Below the pieces are notes generated by a model that did not search any database, had not been told where the DNA came from, and saw only the letters and a list, made by a program, of their open reading frames with translations. Of a stretch of 64,000 bases of DNA, positions 44,901 through 58,500 are shown piece by piece (position 1 is the first letter of the stretch; each line of letters opens with the position of its first letter). The translations under genes and the position numbers were made by a program. Source of the DNA: Euglena gracilis (Eukaryota); the NCBI GenBank assembly GCA_039621445.1, contig CP154954.1, forward strand, positions 44,371,847-44,435,846. The letters are read 5' to 3'.

Positions 44901-46760
44901 ATTTACACTCATTTTTGCCTGAATTCCATTTTGGACAAATTTGACCACTTTTTTTTGGCACTTTTTAGCCCTCTGTCACAACCTTACCCCCCCTTTAAGC
45001 CATTTATGGCAATTTCCGCCACTTTCTTGCAACCACTTTTGGGGCTATTGGTCTTTTTCCTGGCCATTTTTTCCCTTTTCAGCTTCTTTATTGTGGCTTG
45101 GACATGTTCACTTTCGGCTATATTTGCACCATGTCTTTGAAAAAAAATCAATTCACACAATTCTTCTCAAGTTATGGAGCCAAAAAGCTTAGAAAATCAT
45201 GGTTCCAAAAATTCAAATTTGATGGCAGGAAAAATGACGACAATTTGGACACAAGAAAAACTGTGAATTTTCTGAACCAATTCTTCTAGAAACATACATA
45301 AAAAAAACAATCACTGCAGAAAAAAATGTAATACAGCCGAGGAAAAAAAAACGCGAAAAGGCTCTGCGTAGGAGAGGAAGAAAATCAGAAGGTTTTGAGA
45401 TAAGAAGAATCAGCTTAGGTATTCCTCTGGAATGAGATGGCACCCAGCAATGGGGATACATAACACTGCGAGGTGCTGGTGAGAGGTGCACCTCACCGGT
45501 TCACTGCAATGGCGAAACGAAATAGGCGGGGGCCGCTTCAGTTCCATCGCATTTCGGCCCGGTAGGACAATCCACGCATAAGAACATGTCATCCCTTCAG
45601 ACAGTTGCAGGCTTCGAGTCACTGTGCAAAAATCCTGACCGCTGCCTGGATGGCTAGCCTTAGGCCTTAAACCCCCCCTCACTTATAACCCCCCCGGGGG
45701 TTATAGGATCCTGTTTAGTGGTTGGCCCCGAGGGGGGGGGTTATAAGTGGGGGGGTTACAGCCTTGGCGGTTCTCTTTGCCTTCTCATGGCTTCCAGGGG
45801 GGGGGGGGTTATAAGTCACGGTTTAGTGGTTGGGCCTGAGGGGGGGGGTTATAAGTAGGGGGGGGTTATAGGATGGGGGGGGGGGGTATAAGTGGGGGGT
45901 CGGGTTTACACATTGCCAATCCTCGTCGGCCAGTTGTTTAGATGGAACGATGAACGAACGATGCTGGGCAGCCATTGTATCTAACGAACGATGCTGGGCA
46001 GCTGTTGTATAGAAAAAACCTCACCCTTATTTTTATAGCAAACCCAGTCCAAAGCAATGGAATAAACACATCCAAAAAGCATGCGGGGGGGGGGTGGCCC
46101 TGGGGTGGTCGCTAAGAACATCTGGAGGGGTCGGCAGGAAGGAACATACTTCATTGTAATAAATAAAATGCAGAGGGATGCAGCTGAGAATTGTGGTATT
46201 TGAAGTGGGTCATGATAAATTGAGTGGCATAGAGGTTTGCTGTTGGATGATTCTGAGAAAATAATGGGGGGGGGCGGAAAAGAAAACATATTCTGCCTGA
46301 TGATTGGTCAGAAGCAGAGGCTAAACGTGGCAAATTGTCATATGTTTGTGTGTATGTGTGAGCGAGTGTACGTGGTGTGTGTGTGTGCGCGCGCGCGTGT
46401 GTGTGTTGCGTGTCTGCACGGGGGTCTTGGGCTGAAACCACCCCAGTAGCTATGTATGCAAGGCGAGTAACAGGTTGAAGGATTGGGAGGCGTAGGGATG
46501 ATCCAACCACCACCCAGTGACCCCCCACCCCACCACAGACAAGATTCCCCAACACGGGGGAGGGGGTGATAGAGCACTCACTGTGACAGACAGGGAGTTT
46601 CTGAAGGACCCTCAGCGTTGGGGCCATGCTTTGATAAACTCCCGGGTCGGACATCACCCAAGCCCATGCCATCCCGGGTGGAGCTTCCCTGGCAGGGCGA
46701 GAGGTTGCTGCAAGCCGTCCGCCGGCAGGGCCAGCGCTGAAGGTAGGAGGCGGCCTGCAC
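38990..46760 (-). CDS. Possible further multi-exon gene of unknown function
   Basis: Scattered GC-rich or codon-like islands at ~46760-46600, 43780-43650, 40900-40820 (KWLFDLLNLYNGFKQLEWRKW) and 40250-40090. They could not be assembled into a gene. Confidence 0.25.
39074..39473. mobile_element. Decayed MITE of the 42396 family
   Basis: Shares AAGGACAGGTGGGGGG and ACACCCCCCACCTAAAC blocks with 42396-42898. Has CAGG/CCTG ends but no clear TSD. Confidence 0.6.
41016..41300. mobile_element. hAT-like MITE
   Basis: TIR CAGGCTTGTG/CACGAGCCTG. TSD TGAGCCAT/TGAGCAAT (7/8). A related fragment lies at ~60620-60700. Confidence 0.8.
42396..42898. mobile_element. hAT-like MITE
   Basis: 17/18-bp TIR CAGGGTTCGATATAAGGA. 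Perfect TSD GTTCAGCC. Confidence 0.92.
43200..43460. repeat. Dispersed CCCTGACAGG motif-array family
   Basis: Repeated ACCCTGACAGGTTGGCC / TGACAGTTTCC. Also at ~49170-49320, 49620-49690 and 50710-50790. Confidence 0.7.
43913..44317. mobile_element. TA-flanked MITE (Tc1/mariner-like geometry)
   Basis: TA|C(n)TGTCCAA...TTGGACA..G(n)|TA. Internal CTCTGACCGGGGG repeats. Relatives at ~41670-42270 and ~48410-48670. Confidence 0.65.
44389..44805. mobile_element. TA-flanked MITE nested in a CTCTGACCGG-family element
   Basis: TA|C(n)TAGTCGTATGACC...GGTCGTACGACTAG(n)|TA. Internal direct repeats CCTGCAACCTGTGACCGGGGG. Confidence 0.75.
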
Positions 46761-47117
46761 GGTGTGTGTGTGTGTGTGTGTTGTGTTGTGTTGTGTGTGT
46801 GTGTGTGTGTGTTGTGTTGTGTGTGTGTGTGTGTGTGTGTGTTGTGTGTGTGTGTGTTGTGTTGTGTTGTGTGTGTGTGTGTGTTGTGTTGTGTTGTGTG
46901 TGTGTGTGTGTGTTGTGTTGTGTGTGTGTGTGTGTGTGTCTGAGAAAAAACTGTGATCCCAGAAGGGATGCCACCGGCGAACTAGTCGCCAGTTGTAAAG
47001 AGAGTGCCGGGTGCAGGGGGAGCACATACGTGCGCCGTGCATATGTATGCGGCAGGGGGAGATGAGGGAGTGCCGTGTGGTGCTACGCGTGGGGCGCTGC
47101 CGGGGCCGCGGGACTGG

Positions 47118-50100
47118 CTACTGGAGGACGCAGCACTGCTGCCCGCCGCCGCGGTACTGGCTCATCAGCTCGTGTTGGGACCGGCGCAGCTCTTTCTGAA
47201 GCCGGCCGACTTCTGCCGCAGAGCCACCCACACGCACCAAGACCTCGAAATGTACACTGGCCGGTTCGGCGTGATGGGCGGTACCTGGAGAAGGATTGCA
47301 CTGTGCACAGAATGAAACAACAGAAATACTGAACAGAAATTTTTTTTTGACAAGACGGTCCGGATCGGGAAGGAGCTTAAGCAAGGCGCAAAGGATTACC
47401 TCCCCCCCGTCCTTGGCATGCCAAAGCACGGGGAAGTGCGGTTGGCACAGGTGTGTCATTAACAAGCCGTTTCATATGCGCTGCGTTATTGACAAAATGT
47501 GACCCTTTTCAAAAATCAAAATTCGACCCTGAGGGCGCATCAACTCAACTGTGACTGGAACAATAACAAATGCACCTTCCATCGTCCCTCTTTTAGGGAG
47601 GTTACACCAAGGAGATTGTTCCCTGGGCCACAGCTGAGCTTTCAAGCTGGAAAGTGCGGTACCTCCAAATTGTCATGTCAAAATCATTGTGTTTTCCAGT
47701 AATTCATCGGACTTTTCAGCAATTTTCGCAAATCTTGCATGTACAGCATACTAAGTATACAAAAAAGCAAACAATGAACCTGCTTTTTTTTTTAGAGGCC
47801 CTAATGCTTCGCATTCTTTGCAATGCAATTCCCCAATTTTTTCACCTGGAACTCTCCCAGGTCATATTTCCGAAGGGACAGTATAAGCCTTGCAGACAAT
47901 CAATGTACCCTGGAAATGTCTTCCAGCAAAAGTGGCACAGTTGCAATTTCCTCCCCCCCCCTCTCTCTCCGGCTTCGACTTTTGCAGAGCTCCATGGAAG
48001 GTGAGGTGAACCAGAACGAGGCCTGACCAAACCCCCAGCCGGCCATTGCCTCACGGAGGAGCCCACGTCTGGGGGGCCCTGGTTGGGGTGCTTCGCGCCG
48101 AAGTGCTTCCGCAGCACCTCCGTCGCCCGCTCGTACATGTCCACCGCGTTCCGCTGGTCCCCCACCGAGGTGTAGATCGCCGCCATCTGCTCATACAGCC
48201 GCGTCCCGTCCGGCCGCTGCCCCTCCCGGGCAGGCCCACCCCAACACCCCCGGGGTTGGGGGGGGGAAGCCCCCCCCCCCCCCAGCTTTGCCTCGACGGG
48301 TGTAGACCTCGTCTGTACTTTCCTGTTTTGAGAGTGCGCAGAATTGTGGGGTTTTATTGACATTCTTGCCTCTGGGGAGGGGCCCACAGAAACCCCCCCG
48401 TGCATCCAACGACCGGCGACCTCTGTCGTACGAGGGGGGGGGTTGATGGACAAGGGGTCAAAAAAGGCCAAGTTCTCCTAATTTTAGGAAATTTTGACAA
48501 ATTTTTGCTCAAAAAGTGCCAAAGATGGCATTTTGGCCAATTTTTGGCCGATTTTTAGTGCAAAATTCTTCGGCCCGCGCTTTGCGCTGGGACCAAAAAT
48601 TTGGCCAAACCTAAAAGGTGTCCTCCAACTGGGGGGGGGGGGTGGTTGTTGGACACAGGGGGGGGGTAGCAACACTGGGAGGAGCCTAAAACTGCCCACC
48701 AACACCAACACCATGACCTCCCCCCCCCCGCACCACCCCCGAAGCCCTCGGGAATGAGCCGTCCACCAGAAGGGGGATGCCTGGGGGCGGGTCAGCACCT
48801 GCACCGCCTTCCCGAACATCTCCAGCGCTTGCTCCGACTCCCCTTGCGAGTGCAGCAGCGGAGACGCAGCGGTGCTCCCTGGGCCATGCTGGGGTCCCTT
48901 CAGGCCCCTGGGTCCCTCCAGCCCATGGACCATGACTGGCCCCGGGAAGTTCCAGGTTGGACCACGGAGAACCCCCAAGATGGTTCCAGCGGCCCAAACC
49001 CAGGGAGTTGCATCCACAGGGCACACCCCACCAAGGGTCCGAACCACAGAGTTCGAGGTTTCAATTTTTGGGCTGGCACCCATCGCACGAGGGGTTGGGG
49101 CATTGTGAGCAGTTACCTTTGGTTGGTGAGCAATTCTCTTTGGTTGCCATTGGCAAAAACTTGGTCTGCCAGGGCCCTGACATTTTCTCAGCCAGGGCAT
49201 TCCGAGGGAAAGTCAATGAGAAATGACCCTGACAGGTACCCAGGACTCTGACAACGTCCTACCCTGACAGGTTGGCCGGTACCAGTGTCAGTTTCCCGGG
49301 CAGGACCCTGACAGTTTCTCGGGCATGGCATGTTGTTGTGCAAATCCTTTCACACGCAACTGTTGGCAGGTCCCCACCCTGAACCCCGAACACCCACCCC
49401 CAACCCCACACTCCCCACTACCTTTCGGTGGCTGGGGGGGGGGGGCTTAAAATTAGCTCGAACGTTCGACCACCAACCTCTGTAACAGTCACACACACAT
49501 AACCACACACACCCATTCCCACCCACCCACCTACCCACCCAACCACACCCACCCACCCACACACACACACACAAGGAGGTGGGGGAGGTACCTGCCCCCC
49601 CCCCCCCGGAACCGGCCAACCTGTCACGATGGGGTTGTCAGGGTTCCCGTTACCAGCCGACCTGTCAGGTGACAGTTTCCCGGGGGTAGGCAGTTTGTAT
49701 CTGCCTCCCTTTCCCATCTTCCCGGTGGTGTAAAGCAATTTTTCCAATTTAATTTACTTTATTATATATTTATTTTTTTGAAATTCATTTGGGCCTAATG
49801 GACAAGCTGGGACCTTGGGGGCATGTGAAGAGCACCGCCGCGGCCGTCCCCAGCTGCTCGTAGGAGAGGGCGACGTCGTCGTGCTGCTCGCCGAGGGCGC
49901 GGACCTTGATGTCGAGGGCCTTGCTGCACAGCTCGAGGGCGGTGGCCAGCTCCCCCTGGCGGGAGTACGCCTCCGCCATCTTGGAGTGCGTCGGGCGAGG
50001 GGCGGGCTGGGGGCCCCCCGGGGGGGGGGGCTGGTCGGGGTGCGATGCGTAGCTGGGGCTGAGAACGCCCGGGTGGACAGAACACGGTTTCATATGTGAT

Positions 50101-52527
50101 ACCTGCCCCCCCCCCCGGGAATCTGTCACTAGACAAATCAGCGAGTAGTCGTAGGTGACAGGTCAGCGAGTACAGGACTGGAGGACAGTTTTCCTGGGGG
50201 GTCGGCCAGATTCCCCTCGATCTAACAGACTGGGCCAGAGAGAAAAAAACTGGCACAAATTGGGGAGCGGGGGGGGGGGTCAAAATTGACATTTTTGAAC
50301 CCCCAGCCAAAACGCAAAAATCCAAAAAGCCGAAAATGCAGGTTTTTCACACATTCGAGGTCAGAAGCCGGATAAAAATGTAAGCACTGAGATATTGAAC
50401 CCCCTTGCCAGCCTGGGGGGAGGTACATTATGAGGGAAAACATTATGGGGGGGGTCGTTTGAGGGGCATTTCCACTTGTCACAGCACTATCCACTTTTTA
50501 TGGCGGCCCAGAATCTGTCTGCCAAGTTTTTCCCTGATCCGAGGAAAATCTTCTGGCCGCCTTTGGCTGTTTGGCAGGTGGCTTTTGGCCAATAATATTC
50601 GGGGGTGGGGGTACATTATGGGGGGATACAATATGAGGGGGAAGCATGGCATTTTGTTTTAACTCGGGAAATGTGCTTCTTTCAACAAAAATTGTGGCAA
50701 ATTTCATAGGTGACAGGTCAGGGGGCACAAGGTGGACAGGTCAGTGGGTACAGAGGGTAGGGGACAGTTTCCTGGGTAGGAGAGTTTCTGGGGGGGACCA
50801 GGGATTTATTCACTTTTGAAAGACCAGGGGGTGGGGGTCCCTCAACCCATCCAGGGGGTATGGGGTCTGGGGACTTCTTTCACTTCTATGGGGGTCAATT
50901 TTGGGGTCAAATTCTTTTTCGGCGCTTCGCACGAAAAAAGCCAAAATGGCCAAAACCCAAAACCCTGGCTCCAGCGGGGGTCCCACAAAGCCGTTGAGGG
51001 TGGTGACCTCTCCCTTCCCCTGGGGGGAGGGGTGTTCGGCAAACCCACCCACCCTCCCTTCCCCCGGGCGTCCAACCTTTGAGAAATCCTTGGTAAGACA
51101 TGATACCTGATGCACACACATGTTTGCATACACATGTGTGTGTAACTGCACATATCAGATCATCATGTTGTGCTGTGAACCTTGCTCGGGTCTGTTTTCG
51201 ATTGGGCTTGTACAGTGTGCAGTGCGTTGCACTTACAAAGTGTTACTGTACAACGGTGACGCATCAATGGAAGCTGATTGCGTGCACTGATCATCGTTGG
51301 GCGCTTGTCGAGCCGCACCCCTGTCTGTGAGACTACGAGAGCCTCTGTACCCCACTCCTCCTCTTGGGCTGCCAACACCTTCTGATACATCCCAAGTGCA
51401 TCGCATACAGTGGCGAACCTGGTTTTGAAATGCATCCGAACCCGCAAGCTGCCTGCCTGGCAGTCCTGGGATGGAGGGCATTTTGGTCATGCTTCATGCT
51501 TTTCTTGCTTTTCAGGGTATGTGAGGGCAAAGAAAGAATTCAGTCCACACAGGGGCCAAAACCATGGAACTTCTGTCCAGAGTCATCAGCAAACACAAGC
51601 ATAATCTCTTGGAAAATGCATCCAGAGCAGCACATGCTTCGCATACAAGGGTCGTCAATGTAACGTCTGGTGATCACCAGGTGGGGTTGCCACCGCTGTT
51701 TTGGCCAGAGACTGCGGGATATTGCTCCCCCCCCCAAAGCGACTGCTGGCGCGGCTGGCGCCGCACATTTCTGGCTCACCCTGGCCGGTGTTGTTCCCCA
51801 TGGCGCTGTACACCTCCGCCATCCGCAGGTGCCCCCGCCCTGCCGTGCAGCGGTTTGGTGGGCTTCGACAAATCATTGGTCGGAGGGGGGCGCTCTTCTT
51901 CCAAGTGAGTCCTTTCGGCCCCGGAACGTCGCCCTTGCCCAACCCAAACGCCCGAGCAAGCAAGGCCATCGTCACCGGCACGGCAATTCCGCTCGTCAGG
52001 GCCCGGGGCACGGCGGGGCGGCCAGACCGGGCCCGGCGGGGCGGACTGGATCTGGAGGACCCGCTCGTACGCCTCCAGCGCCTCCGCGTGACGGCCCTCC
52101 GCCTGGAACAGCTGCGCCATCACGAACGAGATGGCGCCAATGACCTGGTCCTTGCCCAAGAGGCCGCCGCCCAATGACGAAGGTACGATCCCCGGCGTCT
52201 CGTTCCACTCTGTTTGGCAACCCCTCTGCTGAAGGGGGTGCAAATGCAGGCCGGTGTTGCTCCAACAACGGTCAACTGGATGGGCGGTGGCCTCGCCGGG
52301 CCCCAGCACCGCCTCTTTCACGGCCCGGGACTTGGTGTACAGCTCCAGGGCGCGGGTGCGGTCGCCCTGCTTTTGGTACAGCGTCGCCATCTTGTGGCAC
52401 ATGCGGCCCATTTCCAGCTCCATCGGGCCCCACACTGTCGCCTTCAGCAGCAGGGCTCGCTCGTACATTGCCAGCGCCTCAGCCCACTGCCACTGGCCGG
52501 ACGGGGCTACACCCAAATATTGCGCAC

Positions 52528-52564
<37 letters not shown>

Positions 52565-55500
52565 CACAACAACACACACAAACACACACACACACACACC
52601 ACACAACACACAACACACACAACTCACACACACACACACACACATAACACACAGGGGCAACACACACACACACACACACAACACACGAACAACACACACA
52701 CACGCAACACACGCACACACACACACACACAACACACATACACACAACACATGCACAAAGCCCCACCCGGGGCCAAGGCTCTCCCGCACCGCTGCCAGGC
52801 GCCGGCAGGCCTCCCCCACCTCTGGGTGGTCCGCTCCCAGCACCGCAGTCTGCGCGTCCATCGCCTGCTGCAGCAGCTGCGCCGCTTCCTTCAACTGTCC
52901 CCGGCGGTGCAGGTCCAGGGGGGTGTGCCATGGCAAATGCTCACCAGGGAGCGGGGAGGGAGGGAACGTGGTCTCTGGTGTGAGACGGGAAAATATGGCA
53001 AAATAATAATAAAAAACTGAATACAATCATATCAGCGTTCCCCCTCCCCTGAAGGTTGTTCGGTGAAAACAAGCACTGGGAACAAGGACCAAATTGACAC
53101 TCAGGGACTGATTGTGCCTGTCAGCCTGTCCACTGCATGAACACTCAGCGTACTGCCCGACCCATGCACCGAAGTCCGCCCGGCAAGCCTCTCTGCTGAG
53201 GTCCGCCGCCACACACAGAGCGCCCTGCGTCACCTTGCGGTGCTTCCAGCCGTACATCTGGACGTCGCCCGGGCAGGCGTGCCTCACCCGGCGACCTCAG
53301 CACACAGGCAGCCTCCCTGTGGCCCGCGCGGCGGACCCATGCCAGCGAAGTCAAAGGCACGGCCGCCGCTGGCGGCCAGCCGCTGTTCCATCACGGGGCC
53401 CAGCTCGTCGGCCTGCCGCTCGCTCTTCACCATCTCCTCCGCCATGTCCCAGAACGCATCCCGGGCTGCGGCGACCCACCGCACACTCCGCGTGCGCTGC
53501 AGTGGGGAGGGCATGCCAATGTGCCCGGTGATCGCAGACGAAATCAACCACACACAAACCTCCAAATCGGTGTGTGCCAATGTCCTCTGACTGGTGCACG
53601 TGGACTCCCGGAGGGGACTGGGAAGGCAGGTTTCGCTTGGCCACGCTGGAACAAAGCATTTGTGGGGAGTGTGGAGCCGACGAGCTGGGGGGCATTTGAG
53701 AGGATGGAATGGGGTGACAGCGTGATGGGGGCGGGGGTGTCGAACGAAGGACCACGGACGTGTCCCGGGTCGCCGCGGGGCGACGGCCTCCGCCTGGATC
53801 ACGAGGAAGTTGGGCCCCAGCGGCGTGGCGAGGCCGAGGCGGCTGGACAGCTCCTTGCCGGGGAGGTACGCGGAGGCGGTGACACGGTACAGCTGCCCCG
53901 CGGGGAACAGCACCTCCTTGCCGCCCCCCGGCAGCAGCACCGGGCAGCAGTTGGCGCCAAGCGTCGCGCGGGAGGTCAGAACCTGGCGCATGCGGGTTGC
54001 ACTCGAATGGGGGGAGCAGACAGGCGGAAGGTCGATGCAGCAGACGTTGCGAAAGAATTTTTGGGGGAAGCTTCATCCCACACCAAAATGATTCTGTCAC
54101 ACGGAATAAAAAGCAACGAACGCACAAACTGCAGCACAATGAAAATGTGAACAAACCCATTTCGCCCCCAGTGGACAACGCTTCAATCCCCCCTTGTGGC
54201 TTTTCCCATCCCCGATGAAGGCAGGTGACCATGACTGGTTGCCCCAAGTTGTACTTCTCTGCCACAAAAAACGGTTTGCCAGCCACCTCTTGTTGTACAA
54301 ATCATGAGGCCAGAAGTTTTAGACCATTATTCTCAAAGAGGAGGAATCCCCACCCTGGCAGGGCTTGCGTGGGGTCTTCGCTGTCGGCGGGGGTGACCAC
54401 CACAAGGGCCTTCCGCGGGTCGCGGGCCAGCCAGTCCATCAACGGGGGCAGAGCACTGCCGGTCGGCCGGGAAGCAATAGGGGGTGTTGGAGGGGGGCAT
54501 GTGACTCAGCTGTGGCGTTGCCATATGGCAATACCCCCCGAAAGACTTTGGCCGCCAAAATGTGGGTGCCCCCTCCTGCAAAAAACCTGCATAAACTTGC
54601 GCCAAGAGAAATGGGACTTTGGGGGTGGGACAAGAAAGTTGTCACGAATTCCTCAAAACACTGACGACTGCTGTCGAGGAGGTTGCACCTGGCGGGAATT
54701 TTGTGGGTAATCATTCCATGCCTATTCCGCTAACCAATTCATTTCAAACACCCTGGCCATACAATTTTTTTTTACCGACCCCCGGGGGGGGTCACCCCAC
54801 CTTTCGAAAAACCAGTCAGTCACTTTTTTCGGGAAACCAGTCAGTCACTACCCCCCCCCCGGGGAGGGGGGTCGGCCACTCTGGAATCCAAAGGAAATTG
54901 ACCAAAAACAAGCAAAAAAAGCCAAAAAAATTTCACTTCGTGGTTTTTTTGTCGACCCCCCCCCCCCAGGGGAGGGGCTCTGGGCCAACAACCAGTCAGT
55001 CACTCTGAGAAAACCAGCCACCCCCCCTTGGGGGGTTCGGCCAGTGACTAAGTGATTGACTGTCCCTGGCATGCAGCAGAAGCGGAAATGCAAAAGACGG
55101 GAGCGCTTTTTCAGCTACGTTTTGGAGACCCCCTTGTACGCCTCAATCACGTTGGTTTGCCCTCCTTCCTCGCCCGGAAGTAGTTGGCAGAGGTGGCTGC
55201 GCTGGGGGGGGGAGTAACATTGTACCCTTGCAAATAAACACAAAAAAATTAAACTAATAAATAAGTAAAAAATAACGGGGGTGTGCTCCCATCTGCCAGC
55301 ATTGGGGGTGGCCGGGCCCTGGTGGGCTTCGGGGAGGTCGCCGCCAGGGCGACGTCGCGGAAGCGGAAGAGGTCCAGCAGGCGGTCGCCGCCGGGGACGC
55401 GGCGGCACATCTGCTGCGCCTCCGCCACGTTGACGACGCAGTACGAGGCCCCGCGGTGGCGGTGCTTGAGGGACAGTGACTGCCGGCAGGGGCGGCTGCG

Positions 55501-58500
55501 GTGGGGCACCGGTGGTTGGCAGGGCCATGGCCACCAAAAGCAACAGGACCACACAACCTGGCAACCTCAGGAAAGTTGCACAGTTCCAGGCATCGGATAT
55601 CACCCGCAGATGTGTGGTATGATTGATATGGTGTGAAAGGATAGGACGATAACATATGATATTTATGATATGCCTTGATATGGGTAATTGCCAGGGGTTA
55701 TTTGACTATCATTGGCGAGAAGGGACTGCACCATTTCCCCCGTTTGTGACATTTTTTATGCAGCTAAAAGATCACATCGTTCATTTTGTGCTGTTTCAAA
55801 TATAATGCAAAGAAATATTTTTTTCACGAGCGCAGAGGCTGCGACGCGCATGCCTTTGCAGCGTTTACTATTGCAAATTTTTGTGTGCGAATCTGTGCAT
55901 GCTTCTTTTCGAATATGCAGCGTCAGCAAAAGACTGAATCGTCGTCAGCCCTATTCACCGCCTGGGAGTCATTCCTACACCCGAACAATGATTTTCATAT
56001 TAGTGGAGGGTCTGCACCAAAAAAACGAGGTGCTTCGTACTGAAAAAAGACAATTTTTTTGTTTATGTTGAGCCCCTTAGTACAGTTCGAGGCACTTCGA
56101 TACAAAAAAGATTGGATGACAAATATGCAACCAAATGAAGGTTCTGCACAAACAAAAGTTTTCGGGAAAGAAGAACTCAAAAAATACACGAGAAAAAGAC
56201 CATTGAAGAGATAACGAGATGGGCAGGAACCAGAGGAAGAGACGATAGATAAACGGGGGAGATACTTGAAATACCATCACCTGATCGGCATTCTTGCAAT
56301 CACACATTGGCATCCATGCAAGATTTCACAAAACAAGGAAACCCCTGGACGCATGCCCCAATGCAGCAGCTTCATGAAGGGTGCGAGCTGTTGTCCCATC
56401 GCTGCATCGCGGCCGGCCGAGCTTGCTTGTCGCACGGTGAAGCGGCAACCAAGCCGGGGTATCCAGTCAAACTTGAGTTGTTGAAAAAGGCTGCCGCGGG
56501 CTGGATCCCCCTGGTGTGCGTCTTTGGCTCCGCACTGACAGCCCAGCGGGGAGTGAAACAAGCCCCGCCGGGCGGAGTGGGCCATCGGGATGGCGCGGTG
56601 CAGGAAGCACTCCGAGCCCAGCAGGGAGAGGGCCGCGGCGGTCAGGAACTCCGGCTCCGCCGCCCAGCGGGTCGCCAGCCGCTGGGCGAGGGCCGCCGCC
56701 GGCGCATGGCTCCGCCACGTCACGCCCTCCACCAGCTGCCCGCGTCGCCCCGCAGCCCCCTTGTCGCAGGGGGGGGGAAGCGACTGGAGGGCCATGTGCA
56801 TGCGACGAGGGGTGGGTGGCGTGCGCGACGAGGAGCCATGTGCGCGACGAGGGGTGGCATGCGCGCGTGAGCAACGAGGGGTGGCGTGCACGCGCTGCGA
56901 TGCGGGGGCTGGGCGTAGCATCCAGGCGGCGTAGTCCTGGTCCTGCGTCAGGAACGCTGCCTCCGCCCGCAGCAGCCCGCTGACGATGCCGTTGAGCACT
57001 GCCTCTGAGCGGACGATGGGCTGTGGGCACAGCTCCGGCTGGAGCCCGGCTGTGTCTCTTGTGTTCGTGAAGGCGGAAACCCCAAGCCCCAAGCCAAAGA
57101 GTCAGCCCCCAAATATAAAGCCCTCGGGAGGTTTGGTTTTGCCACCCATAAATAAAGCCCCCCACATATGGAGCCATACGATGGTGCAAATCAGGAAAAA
57201 GCAGATTTTTGGGGGGTGGATGCAACATTTTTTTCCACCAGGAATGAGAAATTTTGTTAAATTTGCACATTTTTGGGGAAAACAGGAGGTCACAACAAAA
57301 TTTGGCATAAAATTGGTGTGGTATTTGACTGCAGTTGAAGGCCGCCAATGTTTGCCCACCCAGAAAAGCTTGATCCCCTCCCCCAAGTTTAAAGCCCCCT
57401 GACGGGCTTGAAATTCTGCCCAAATATAAATGGGGGGGCTTTATATTTGCAAGGGTTTAACCAATGGAGCACCCCTTTGCTCAAGAACGGAGGGTGCGCA
57501 GAAGGAAGGGGGGTATGGTATGGAACAGGGACGTGAAGCAGGGCTGTGAGGGGCCGTCGGCGGCAGGTACGGCGAGAAGGTCGAAGAGCAGCACGCCGGC
57601 CTTGGAGCGCTTGGGCCGCAGGGCGACGAAGGGCGGCGGGGCGGGCGGCCACACCGTCAGAGCCTGCCGGCACGCTGCGTGGTCCCCGACGAGGTCCGCC
57701 GCCGGCAGGGGCCGCCGCCGTGGGGGGGGGACGGCCGGCTACTGATGGGGGGGGGGGCACTCATCTCAAGGCTGAAAAAGGGCATTCAAATTCGAGTGAA
57801 ATTTATGTGCGTTGGAGGAATTTGCACAAACTGAGGAATTTAAGGTCCGTTGGGGCCTTCTTTGGGGTGGTAAGTGTTTGGAGGTCAATAAACATGGGCT
57901 GGGGATGGTGGGGGGGGGGGGGCTGGGGGCAAATGGGGGGGGGAGGGAGGGTTATGGGAGGCGGAGGATGAGCCTGCTCGGGACCCGCGATGGGAAGACA
58001 TTCGAAGGACGTTCGAGTCAGCCTCAACCACACCGAAATTGAAACCAAGAAAAACATATTTTCCTAAAACCTGACGTTCTGAAAACAAAATCCCTATGGT
58101 ACTTCATTCCTCCATGGACCCAAAGTGTAGGCAACCCCTCATGCAAGGACGTTCGAGGAGGCTCGAAAGCTCCTCAACCACTTCTTTTGACAGAGGTGCT
58201 CAAAAAGGAGGCTGAAACTCCTCCAAAGCAGGGAGGGTGAGGAAGCAACTTTTAAGGGCACCCTCTGTCAAGGAGGCTCTGAAGCCTCCTCAAATGTCGT
58301 TCGAGGTGGTTCGAGGAGGCTGTTTAAGCCACCCTTGAAGGGAGGGGGTGGCTTAAAAAAGTTCGAGCTCGAGCCTCCTCCTCCTCCTACGTATCAGGCA
58401 GGTGAAGAGCTCAGCATTGCACAAATCCTAAGCATCTACTCAAGGGTTGCTTTTATTTGGGGTTACCGATAACGTTCTTAGACTTAGGGGGAGGGTCGAT

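Noticed and set aside
51776-53026. 416-aa ORF as a single-exon TPR gene
   Set aside because: It reads through in-frame introns, including a (GT)n tract.
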